Source: Horticoccus luteus (GTDB lineage: Bacteria > Verrucomicrobiota > Verrucomicrobiia > Opitutales > Opitutaceae). Taken from it: 32,000 nt of DNA. Below, one piece after another: positions 20,231 to 28,334 of the stretch; position 1 is the stretch's first letter, and each line of letters begins with the position of its first letter. The stretch spans positions 3,150,001 to 3,182,000 of the forward strand of contig NZ_CP080507.1 in the NCBI RefSeq assembly GCF_019464535.1, in the 5' to 3' direction. A program made the translations under genes and the position numbers. Below the pieces are notes generated by a model. That model was not told where the DNA came from, searched no databases, and worked only from the letters and a program-made list of their open reading frames with translations.

Positions 20231-20950
20231 ATGTCGCTTCGACGGCTCACGTTCGCCGCCTCGGCTGTCGCTGTCGCCTTCGGCCTCGCCGGCTGCGGAT
20301 CACCGCCATCCGGTGGCGGCTTCGTGCGGATCGACAATGTCGCAATGTATGGCCAGCCCCGCACCCCGCGCCCGCCGGTTTTGCAACAGGCCGACGCGGA
20401 TTTCGTCCGCCGGGCCGCCGCGGTTTTTGGCCATGACCGCCAGGCGGCGAGTCTCGCCTGGGCCAATGAAGCCGACCGGTTTTTCCAGCAACGCAACTTC
20501 GACTACGCCATGCGGCGTTACAACCAGGCGTGGCTTCTCGATCCGGAAAATTTCCGCGCCTTCTGGGGCTTTGGCCGCGTCGCCCTCGAACGCGATCGCT
20601 TTGACGAAGCCCTCGAGCATTTCGACAAGGCCCTTTCCCTTTGCCACGATGATCGACAACGCCCCGCGGTGCTTTCCGACACGGGCGCGGCACTCACCTG
20701 GAAGGCCAAGTCGCTTCCGCGCGAAAACGGCGCAGAACGCGACCGCCTTTTCGCCCGCGCTAACGCAATGTTTGCCGACAGCACGCAACGCGATCCCACC
20801 TACGCCAACGGCTGGAAACGCTGGGCCATGTCGCTTTTCGACCAGGGGGACTTGGCGGGAGCCCGCGAGAAAATCCTTCGCGCCCAAACCGCCGGCGCCG
20901 ACATCCCGGCGACACTCCTCGCCCGACTGACAGCGGCAAAATCTCCATGA
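20231..20950 (+). CDS. TPR-repeat lipoprotein
   Basis: The signal peptide carries a lipobox (AVAFGLAGC GSPP). TPR-like repeats are present (ADRFFQQRNFDYAMRRYNQAWLLDPENFRAFWGFGRVALERDRFDEALEHFDKAL). The gene starts 3 nt after the ruvB stop. Confidence 0.75.
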   Translation: MSLRRLTFAASAVAVAFGLAGCGSPPSGGGFVRIDNVAMYGQPRTPRPPVLQQADADFVRRAAAVFGHDRQAASLAWANEADRFFQQRNFDYAMRRYNQAWLLDPENFRAFWGFGRVALERDRFDEALEHFDKALSLCHDDRQRPAVLSDTGAALTWKAKSLPRENGAERDRLFARANAMFADSTQRDPTYANGWKRWAMSLFDQGDLAGAREKILRAQTAGADIPATLLARLTAAKSP

Positions 20951-22524
20951 GGCTGGATTTTCTCGACGGTCGGTCGCCGGGATTGTGGTTCGCCCTCCGG
21001 TCGCGCTTTCGCGCGCTTCTCCTGCTCGCTGCTCTCGGCCTCTACGTCTTCTTTCTCGCCTGGTATGTTTCGCCCTACGCCGGCGGCGCCGATTCCTCCG
21101 GTTACCTCAACAGCGCGCAACTCCTCCTCCACGGCCGGCTCACCGCCACCGCGCGCGTGCCCGCCGGTTTTCCCGCCGACCATTTCCGCCGCGAAGCCTT
21201 CATCCCCGTCGCGTTTATTCCCGGCCCTGACAGCGCGGAGATGGTCCCCACCTACCCGCTCGGACTGCCGCTGCACTACGCCGCCGTCGGACGCTGGACC
21301 GGTTTGGACGCCGCGCCCGTCGTTCTCAACATCCTCACGGCGCTCGCGGTCATCGCCCTCCTGTATCGGATTGCCCGTGACGTCGGCGTCCATCCTCGTC
21401 CGGCCGCCGCGCTTACCGCTCTTTTCGCGCTGTCGCCGTTGACGCTCTACTACGCGTTGCAGCCGATGAGCGATCTCGTTGCGACCGCGTGGACGCTGGT
21501 CGCCATCCTCGGCGCTTGGCGCAGCCCGCGCCACGTTGGCTGGGCCGCGCTCGCCGCGCTGGCGGTCACCGTCGCGGTATTTGTGCGTCCCGCCAATGCG
21601 CTTCTCCTGCTGCCCGTCGCTTTCGGCCTCGGCCTTGCGTGGCGTCGCTGGCTGGTCTTCGCCTGGTGCGGTTTGCCCGGCGCGCTGGCGTGGGCCGCCT
21701 TCAATCGCCACCTCTACGGCTCAGCTCTGGCCACCGGTTATGGCAACATCGCCGACACGCTGCGCTGGTCCTACATCGGCCCCACGCTCGCCCACTTCGC
21801 CAAATGGATCCCGGTCGTGTTAACGCCCGCCGTCGCCCTCTTCCTGCTGCTGCCCGCCGCGCGAGCTTCCGTTCGCGCCAAGCGGCTGCTCGGCGTTTGG
21901 GCCAGCGCGTTCGTGCTGTTTTACTCCGCCTACTATTTCAGCCACGAAACGTGGTGGTATCTGCGCTTCCTGCTGCCCGCGATGCCGGCGCTCCTCATCG
22001 GCGCGGCGCTCGTGTGGCAACAGTGGCCCGCGCCCGCCCTCACCCTCGCGCTCGAAGGCTCGGTGCAGACCTCGCGCCGTTGGCAAAGCGCGCGGTGCCT
22101 GCGCGTGCCACTCACGACGTTCTTCTTTATCGCCGCCCTCGTCTGGCAAATCGCCTGGGGCTGGCACTTTCAAGTGCATAAGATCGAACTCGGCGAACGC
22201 CCCTATCGCGAGGTTGCGCGCTGGGTCCAGCAATCCCTTCCGCCCCACGCCGTCCTCGTCGCCGGCCAGGTCAGCGGCGCAGTTTTTCATTACAGCGATC
22301 GTCCCTTCGTGCAATGGAGCGAAGTGACGCCCGTGAACTACGCCGCGCTCAACGACTATCTGCGCACGAACCGCGGCGAGCTCTACGCCGGCTTGTTCAA
22401 CTACGAAGAACAACCCGCCTTCGCAACGCATCTGCCCGGCACATGGCAACGCGTGCAGCAATTCGGCCCCATCTCCATCTGGCGGCGCACCAGTCTCGCT
22501 CCCTCCGCCGCCGCGCGAAACTAG
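20947..22524 (+). CDS. GT-C fold membrane glycosyltransferase (ArnT/PMT, family 39/83-like)
   Basis: The 525-aa protein has about 10 or more TM helices followed by a soluble C-terminal domain. The first-loop acidic motif is GGADSSGYLNSAQ, placed as in GT-C enzymes. The start overlaps the TPR gene stop (ATGA). Family assignment rests on topology and motif only. Confidence 0.6.
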   Translation: MRLDFLDGRSPGLWFALRSRFRALLLLAALGLYVFFLAWYVSPYAGGADSSGYLNSAQLLLHGRLTATARVPAGFPADHFRREAFIPVAFIPGPDSAEMVPTYPLGLPLHYAAVGRWTGLDAAPVVLNILTALAVIALLYRIARDVGVHPRPAAALTALFALSPLTLYYALQPMSDLVATAWTLVAILGAWRSPRHVGWAALAALAVTVAVFVRPANALLLLPVAFGLGLAWRRWLVFAWCGLPGALAWAAFNRHLYGSALATGYGNIADTLRWSYIGPTLAHFAKWIPVVLTPAVALFLLLPAARASVRAKRLLGVWASAFVLFYSAYYFSHETWWYLRFLLPAMPALLIGAALVWQQWPAPALTLALEGSVQTSRRWQSARCLRVPLTTFFFIAALVWQIAWGWHFQVHKIELGERPYREVARWVQQSLPPHAVLVAGQVSGAVFHYSDRPFVQWSEVTPVNYAALNDYLRTNRGELYAGLFNYEEQPAFATHLPGTWQRVQQFGPISIWRRTSLAPSAAARN

Positions 22525-22742
22525 CGCGCCGAATTTTTCCCTTGGCTCCGCCGGCCGCCGCGCGTCTTATGGTCCGACGTCGCTAACGTTCTGCCGCGCT
22601 CAACTCTGCAGCGCAGGCCAACGACCATCGTTGTGACGCCAATTGCGCCGGACTTTCCGGTGCGCCGCAGGTTTTCGCCTCCGGTCTCTGTCAACTGCAT
22701 CTCGTGCCGACTCAGCCCCGATGCGTAACCCACTGTTCTTGC

Positions 22743-24077
22743 ATGTCTCTTTTTCCTGAGTCCTCCCTGCCGCGCATCGGCATGGTTTCAACCCACGGCT
22801 ATGTCGCCGCCGAGCCGCCGCTCGGCGCGGCCGACACGGGCGGTCAGGTTGTTTACGTTCTCGAGCTCGCCCGCAAGCTCGGCCAACTCGGCTTCGAAGT
22901 CGATATCTGGACCCGCCGCTTCGAGGACCAACCGGAGATCGATGTGATGACCGAGCGCGTCCGCGTCATCCGCATCCCCTGTGGCGGCCGCGATTTCATC
23001 GGCAAGGAATACCTGCAGCGCCACCTCGATGAATGGGCCGAGCGCGCCCTGCGCTTCATCCACCTTCACCGCCTGAACTATCACTTTTTCAACAGTCACT
23101 ACTGGGACGCCGGCTGCGCCACCCAACGCCTCGCCGAGGCGCTCGACGTGCCGCACGTGCACACGCCCCACTCGCTCGGCGTCTGGAAAAAGCAGCTCAT
23201 GGAGCGCGATTTCCCCACTGATGCGGAGAACTTCGAGCAGAAATACAATTTCGCCGAACGCATCCGGCAGGAGACGCTCCTTTACCGCACGTGCGACGTC
23301 GTCGTCGCCACCACGCCGCCCCAACTCGACATGCTCGTGCACGACTACGGTGCGCCGGCCGGCCAGGTCCACATGATCCCGCCCGGCTACGACGACAACC
23401 GCTACTATCCCGTCAGCGCCGCCTCCCGCACGTCGATCCGCCAGCGTCTCGGCTTTGAAGGCAAGGTCGTCCTCGCGCTCGGCCGTCTCGCGCGTAACAA
23501 GGGCTACGATCTCCTGCTCGAAGCGTTCACCCTTGTCGCGAGCCGCATCCCCGACGCCCGTCTGCATCTCGCCGCGGGCGGCATGGAAATCAGCAGTGAC
23601 GAACGCGCCTTGCTGCAGGAGCTCAAGGAACTCGCGGTGCGCCTTAACATCGACGACCGCGTTACGTGGGGCACCTACATCGCCGATTCCGAACTCGCGG
23701 ACTATTACCGCGCCGCGGATGTGTTCGTTTTGAGCAGCCGTTACGAACCGTTCGGCATGACCGCCATCGAGGCCATGGCCTGCGGCACGCCCGCCGTCAT
23801 CACGACCCACGGCGGCCTCTTTCGCGCCGTCACGTTCGGCCGGCATGCGCTCTACGCCGACACCTTTGATCGCGAGGATCTCGGCATCTCCATCGTCAAA
23901 ATCCTGCGGCATCCCGGCCTCGCGTTGCGACTCTCGCGCATGGGCGCGCACAAGGCCCGCAGCTTGTTCACGTGGACCGGCATCGCCCAGCAACTCATCA
24001 GCCTCGTCGAAGAACGCCCCACACCCCAGGCCTTTGCCGACAACGAATGGGACGAACCGTGGAACGACGGCGATTGA
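22743..24077 (+). CDS. Sucrose-phosphate synthase-like GT4 glycosyltransferase (SPS; a mannosylfructose-phosphate synthase-type specificity cannot be excluded)
   Basis: I trimmed the start to ATG 22743. The hallmark SPS N-terminus is IGMVSTHGYVAAEPPLGAADTGGQVVYVLELARKLG. Also present are HSHYWDAG, PHVHTPHSLG and the C-terminal GT-B motif EPFGMTAIEAMACGTP. It has a GT domain only (444 aa). Confidence 0.85.
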   Translation: MSLFPESSLPRIGMVSTHGYVAAEPPLGAADTGGQVVYVLELARKLGQLGFEVDIWTRRFEDQPEIDVMTERVRVIRIPCGGRDFIGKEYLQRHLDEWAERALRFIHLHRLNYHFFNSHYWDAGCATQRLAEALDVPHVHTPHSLGVWKKQLMERDFPTDAENFEQKYNFAERIRQETLLYRTCDVVVATTPPQLDMLVHDYGAPAGQVHMIPPGYDDNRYYPVSAASRTSIRQRLGFEGKVVLALGRLARNKGYDLLLEAFTLVASRIPDARLHLAAGGMEISSDERALLQELKELAVRLNIDDRVTWGTYIADSELADYYRAADVFVLSSRYEPFGMTAIEAMACGTPAVITTHGGLFRAVTFGRHALYADTFDREDLGISIVKILRHPGLALRLSRMGAHKARSLFTWTGIAQQLISLVEERPTPQAFADNEWDEPWNDGD

Positions 24078-24126
24078 ACCTCCTCCAACTCCGAACCCAC
24101 CCGGCCCACCGCGGTCGACTTTCCCG

Positions 24127-26226
24127 ATGCCCGACACCCAGTCCATTCGTCTTTTCAGCAGCGATCTCGATAACACCCTCCTCGGGAATCCGGAATCGAC
24201 CCGTCGCTTCAAACTCGCCTGGGAAGGCATTCCCGCCGCGCAACGCCCCCTCCTCGTCTATAATAGCGGCCGCCTGCTCAGCGACCTCGACCAACTCCTC
24301 GGAGCCGAGCAACTCCCCGCGCCCGACTATCTGATCGGCGGCGTCGGCACGCAGATCTACGACGCGCGCGCCGGCCGTGCGCTCCACGATTTCGATGGCG
24401 AACTCGCCCTCGGCTGGGATCGCGACCGCGTGGCCGCCATCGCCGCAGCGTTTCCCGGCGTCCGGCCGCAGCCCAACCAATACCAGCATCCCTTCAAGTC
24501 GAGTTGGTATCTTGAACGCGCCAATCGCGCCACGATCACCCGCCTCTCCGATCAATTCACTGCCGCCGGCCTCGACGTGAGCATCGTTTACTCCAGCCTG
24601 CGCGACCTCGACATTCTCCCGAAAAACGCCGCCAAAGGCGCCGCGCTCCGCTGGCTGTGTCAACGCCTCGACCTTACCCTCGACCGCGTGCTCGTCGCCG
24701 GCGACACCGGCAACGACAGCAGCATGTTTCTTCTGCCCGGCGTGCGCGGCATCGTCGTCGAAAACGCCCAACCCGAACTCTTCGAGGACGTCGTCGAAAT
24801 TCCCGTTTACTGCAGCCGCCAGGTCATGGCCGACGGCGTCGTCGACGGCTTGCGCCACTACGGCGTCATCGCCCAATCGCCCCTCGTCCGCGACACCGTC
24901 CACGCCGCGCGCTCGTCCCGCGGCGCCTTCAAGATGCTTTTCACCGGCACCCGCCTCGGCTCGCTCGGCCCCGACGACCAGGCGTTTCTCCGCCTCGCCT
25001 ACGAAAAAGCGCTCGCAGCCCTCCGCCGCAACATCACGCCCCTCGGCTTCTCCGCCTGCTCGCTCGCCGACAACACCGTCACCGGCACCGATGCCAACTA
25101 CCGCAGCGTCTGGGCGCGCGATGGCAGCATCACGCTCATCAACACCCTCGACGTCGATGATGACGACATCCGTTCCGCCGGTCGCCGCACCCTCGATACG
25201 CTTCTCCGCGCCATCGCCGTCAACGGCCAGATTCCCGCCAACGTCCGCCTCGACGACGGCGTGCCGGATTACGCCGGCGTCGGCAATATCTGCTCCATCG
25301 ACAGCGGCCTGTGGGTCATCATCGCGTTCTACAACTACGTCGAGAAGACCGGCGATCTCGACTTTCTGCGCACGCACGCCGCCCGACTCCAGCGCGCAAT
25401 GGACTGGATCAGCGCGCACGACAGTAACAACGACGGCCTCCTCGAAATCCCCGAAGCCGGCGACTGGACCGATCTCTTCGGCCGCAGTTACAACGTCCTC
25501 TACGACGAGGTCCTGTGGTTTCGCGCCAACGTCTGCTTCGGCCGCTTGCTGGAGTTTCAAGGCGAATACGAACGCGCCAGCGACTACCTCCGCTGGTCGC
25601 AACACATCCGCGGCCGCGTGATCGACACCTTCTGGCCGCACACGCGCCCCGCCGCCAACCTCCCCGAAACCGCGAACCGTTTCGCCGAACGCCAGTTCAG
25701 CCTCGGCGACACCCAATACCTCATCGCCGAAGTCACCCCGTTCGCCTTCAACTGGCGCTGCGACGTCTTCGGCAACGTGCTCGGGTTTCTCATGAACCTC
25801 CTCGACATCGAGCGCGCGCGCACCGCCTTCCGCTTCATGTGGAGCGTCGGCGTCAACGAACCTTACCCCGTCGCGAACCTCTATCCCGTCGTGCAATCCG
25901 GCGATCCCGACTGGCGCGCCTACTATACCGTCAACCTCCTCAACCTCCCCCATCACTACCACAACGGCGGCATCTGGCCGTTCGTCGGCGGCATGTGGGT
26001 GCGCTTCATTCACCGCCTCGGCCTCCATGAGGTCGCCGAACGCGAACTCCTCCGCCTCGCCAAACTGAACCAACTCGGCCGGCGCGACGAATGGGAGTTC
26101 AACGAGTGGGCGCACGGCGTCACCGGCCGCCCGATGGGCAAAGCCTACCAGGCCTGGTCCGCCGCGTCGTTCGTCCGCGCCTGCCAGGAAATCGAAGCCG
26201 ACCCCGACCATCTCGCCGATGAGTGA
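24127..26226 (+). CDS. Bifunctional-architecture protein: N-terminal sucrose-6-phosphate phosphatase (HAD-IIB, S6PP-like) fused to a C-terminal GH100-like alkaline/neutral invertase (six-hairpin glycosidase) domain
   Basis: I trimmed the start to ATG 24127. Residues 1-250 show SSDLDNTLLG (DxDxT), PDYLIGGVGTQIY, HPFKSSWY, DLDILPKNAAKGAAL, VAGDTGNDSSMF and GIVVENAQPEL, collinear with cyanobacterial SPP. Residues ~270-699 show ANYRSVWARDGS, GQIPANV, IDSGLWVIIAFYNY, EAGDWTDLFGRSYNVLYDEVLWF, HHYHNGGIWPFVGG and KAYQAWSAASF, collinear with GH100 invertases. The reading frame is uninterrupted. Confidence 0.85.
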   Translation: MPDTQSIRLFSSDLDNTLLGNPESTRRFKLAWEGIPAAQRPLLVYNSGRLLSDLDQLLGAEQLPAPDYLIGGVGTQIYDARAGRALHDFDGELALGWDRDRVAAIAAAFPGVRPQPNQYQHPFKSSWYLERANRATITRLSDQFTAAGLDVSIVYSSLRDLDILPKNAAKGAALRWLCQRLDLTLDRVLVAGDTGNDSSMFLLPGVRGIVVENAQPELFEDVVEIPVYCSRQVMADGVVDGLRHYGVIAQSPLVRDTVHAARSSRGAFKMLFTGTRLGSLGPDDQAFLRLAYEKALAALRRNITPLGFSACSLADNTVTGTDANYRSVWARDGSITLINTLDVDDDDIRSAGRRTLDTLLRAIAVNGQIPANVRLDDGVPDYAGVGNICSIDSGLWVIIAFYNYVEKTGDLDFLRTHAARLQRAMDWISAHDSNNDGLLEIPEAGDWTDLFGRSYNVLYDEVLWFRANVCFGRLLEFQGEYERASDYLRWSQHIRGRVIDTFWPHTRPAANLPETANRFAERQFSLGDTQYLIAEVTPFAFNWRCDVFGNVLGFLMNLLDIERARTAFRFMWSVGVNEPYPVANLYPVVQSGDPDWRAYYTVNLLNLPHHYHNGGIWPFVGGMWVRFIHRLGLHEVAERELLRLAKLNQLGRRDEWEFNEWAHGVTGRPMGKAYQAWSAASFVRACQEIEADPDHLADE

Positions 26227-27139
26227 TCCTTCTCCGACGACAAATCCGGCGCCCGCGGGCGCCGGACGGCGCGCGCTCTGCTTCGGCGAAATTCTCTGGG
26301 ACTTTCTCCCCGACGGTCTCTTCCCCGGCGGCGCACCGTTCAACGTCGCCTATCACCTTCACCGCCTCGGCCTCACAACATATCCCGTCTCATCCGTGGG
26401 CGACGATGTGCTCGGCCGCGAATTGTTGCGCCGGTTGCGTGACTGGAAAATCCCTGTCGACCTCATCGCCACCGATCCCGCGCGCCCCACCGGCTACGTC
26501 CGCGCCGCAATCACCGCGACCGGCGATGCGCACTACGATATTGTCCGCGACGTCGCGTGGGATGCCATCCCCGCGCCCACCGCGGCGCTGGCTCTCGCCG
26601 CCTCGACCGACGTGCTCGTCTTCGGTTCGCTCGCGGCGCGCTCCCCCGAAAACCGCGCGACCCTGCATCGCCTGCTCGCTGCGCTCCCGGCCACCGCGTG
26701 GCGCGTCTTCGACATCAATCTGCGCGCGCCCTTCGATGATCTCGCCGTCGTCGCCGAACTCGCCGCGCACGCCACCGTTTTAAAACTCAATGCCGCCGAA
26801 GCCGCCCGCCTCGCCGGTGCCACCGAGTCTCCCGGCTCCGAAGAAACGCACGCGCGCAACGTGCAGCAGCGGTTCGCCGTTCCGCTCGTCGTGGTCACCG
26901 CCGCCGACCGCGGCGCCGGCCTCCTGCGCGACGACCATTGGCACTGGGAAACAGCCCGCCCGGTCGCGGTTGCAGACACCGTCGGGGCCGGCGATGCATT
27001 TCTCGCTCGCCTGATCGCCGGCCTGCTGGCGCGCGCCAGCGAGCCCCGGATTCTCGCCGCCGCTTGCCGCCTGGGCGAATGGGTCGCCGCTCAACGTGGC
27101 GCCACTCCCGCCTACACCTCCGCAACGCCCTCCGCATAA
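26219..27139 (+). CDS. PfkB-family sugar kinase, fructokinase-like
   Basis: Motifs are LCFGEILWDFLPDGLFPGGAPFNVAYHL (the typical fructokinase N-terminus) and the PfkB signature 2, DTVGAGDAFLARLIAG. It overlaps the upstream gene by 8 nt. Confidence 0.85.
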   Translation: MSDPSPTTNPAPAGAGRRALCFGEILWDFLPDGLFPGGAPFNVAYHLHRLGLTTYPVSSVGDDVLGRELLRRLRDWKIPVDLIATDPARPTGYVRAAITATGDAHYDIVRDVAWDAIPAPTAALALAASTDVLVFGSLAARSPENRATLHRLLAALPATAWRVFDINLRAPFDDLAVVAELAAHATVLKLNAAEAARLAGATESPGSEETHARNVQQRFAVPLVVVTAADRGAGLLRDDHWHWETARPVAVADTVGAGDAFLARLIAGLLARASEPRILAAACRLGEWVAAQRGATPAYTSATPSA

Positions 27140-27145
27140 ATTTAT

Positions 27146-27754
27146 ATGAACCTGTCATCCCTTCACCTCGAACACTTCGAACAATACCTCCCGCGTCTGC
27201 TGGCCGCCCTGCCGGTCGCACTTCTCGTCATCCTCGGCGCCCTCGCGTTGAGCTTTGTCGTCAACCGCGCCCTCACGCTTCTCTCGAACAAAACGAGTCT
27301 CTCGCACGAAAATGTTGCGCCCTTCCGCAAGATTATGCGCGTGCTCATCGCGATCGCCGCCCTCGTGCTCATTTTGAATGTCTTCGGCTTCAGCCTCGGC
27401 GGCTTGTGGACGATTCTCTCCACCGTGCTCGCGATGGTCGCCATCGGCTTCGTCGCGGTCTGGAGCGTGCTGAGCAACACCCTCTGCACGTTCATCATTC
27501 TGCTTTCGCGCCCATTCGCGATTGGCGACGAGGTCGGATTCGCCGGCGAGGACGTCAAGGGCCGCGTTGAAGACATGAATTTCATCTACACCACGCTGCG
27601 GTGCGATGACGGCAGTTTGCTCCAGATTCCCAACAATCTGTTCTTCCAACGCGTCGTCCGGCGCCGCCCGTCCTCCGCCCCGGTGTCGCTCGAAACCCAG
27701 CTCAATCGTCCCGCCCTGCAACGCACGCCCGCGCCATCCCCAGCTCGCGGCTGA
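27146..27754 (+). CDS. Small-conductance mechanosensitive channel (MscS family), short form
   Basis: The 202-aa protein has three TM helices. The pore helix and beta-domain start read AMVAIGFVAVWSVLSNTLCTFIILLSRPFAIGDEVGFAGEDVKGRVEDMNFIYTTLRCDDGSLLQIPNNLFF. The gene starts 7 nt after the kinase stop. Confidence 0.85.
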   Translation: MNLSSLHLEHFEQYLPRLLAALPVALLVILGALALSFVVNRALTLLSNKTSLSHENVAPFRKIMRVLIAIAALVLILNVFGFSLGGLWTILSTVLAMVAIGFVAVWSVLSNTLCTFIILLSRPFAIGDEVGFAGEDVKGRVEDMNFIYTTLRCDDGSLLQIPNNLFFQRVVRRRPSSAPVSLETQLNRPALQRTPAPSPARG

Positions 27755-27781
27755 CGTTCAACATCCTCCTCCGCTCCCCGT

Positions 27782-27811
27782 AAAAAGGGCCGCGTTTTCG
27801 CGGCCTTTTTT
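27782..27811. terminator. Bidirectional intrinsic terminator between the MscS gene and the convergent small membrane ORF
   Basis: The sequence is AAAAAGGGCCGCG-TTTT-CGCGGCCTTTTTT. It has 7 G:C pairs and a 4-nt loop, with an A-tract upstream and a T-tract downstream, so it can act on both strands. It lies 27 nt after the MscS stop and 19 nt after the minus-strand ORF stop. Confidence 0.85.
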
Positions 27812-27829
27812 CTTTGCGTGGCGTTCGGA

Positions 27830-28111
27830 TTAGCGTGCGCCCGCCGTGCGATTCGCCGGCAACAGCACGGGCCCGGCGCGCCGTTCGCGGGCCAGCTGCC
27901 AACGCGCCGCCTGACGTTGCAAGCGCGTCCAGCCGAGCGCGCCGAAGTAGCTCAGCGCCACGGCGCTCTGCACCCAGCCCATCAGCTGCAACCAGAGCGC
28001 CTGCGCGCTCGCCCCGTCCGCCCCGGCCGGAAACCAGCCCGGCGCCGCGGCCGGCAAAAGCTGCATGATCGCTCCGAGCCCTAAAAATCCCCACGCGTTG
28101 ACCGAATTCAT
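27830..28111 (-). CDS. Hypothetical 93-aa two-TM membrane protein
   Basis: I trimmed the start to ATG 28111 (MNSVNAWGFLGLGAIMQLLPAAAPGWF...LWLQLMGWVQSAVALSYFGALGW). It ends just before the bidirectional terminator. No family was recognised. Confidence 0.4.
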   Translation of the reverse strand: MNSVNAWGFLGLGAIMQLLPAAAPGWFPAGADGASAQALWLQLMGWVQSAVALSYFGALGWTRLQRQAARWQLARERRAGPVLLPANRTAGAR

Positions 28112-28221
28112 AGCTCCCAGATAAGCGGCCTGCGTGCCAACCCGAACGCTCCCACCTAAAGCCTTGTCACCCCGCGATCCGCTCTTTTCGACGACTTTTT
28201 CCGCCCCTCGCGGCGCCGCCC

Positions 28222-28253
28222 TTTGCAAGACCGCTCACCTCCAATCTTGCAAA
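28222..28253. promoter_or_regulatory. Perfect 9-bp inverted repeat TTTGCAAGA-N14-TCTTGCAAA in a divergent intergenic region (candidate operator)
   Basis: The arms lie at 28222-28230 and 28245-28253, about 80 nt upstream of the DUF885 gene ATG and about 110 nt upstream of the divergent small ORF. Confidence 0.3.
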
Positions 28254-28334
28254 ATACGGGGGCCGTCATCCCCTCGTTTTGCCTGCCTGCGTTGGCCTCC
28301 TGAAAGTTCCGCCGTTTTCCCCTGATTTCTTCCT

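Noticed and set aside
22513-22540. Possible terminator after the GT-C gene (GCGCG-AAACTAG-CGCGC followed by GAATTTTT)
   Set aside because: The stem has only 5 bp and overlaps the stop codon, which is too weak to report as a feature.
23998-26343. 781-aa minus-strand ORF opposite the SPP::GH100 gene, and the 480-aa ORF 22788-24230 opposite the SPS gene
   Set aside because: Both lie antisense to genes with strong family motifs. They have low-complexity G/A/E/V/R composition, run across gene boundaries, and contain no recognisable domains.
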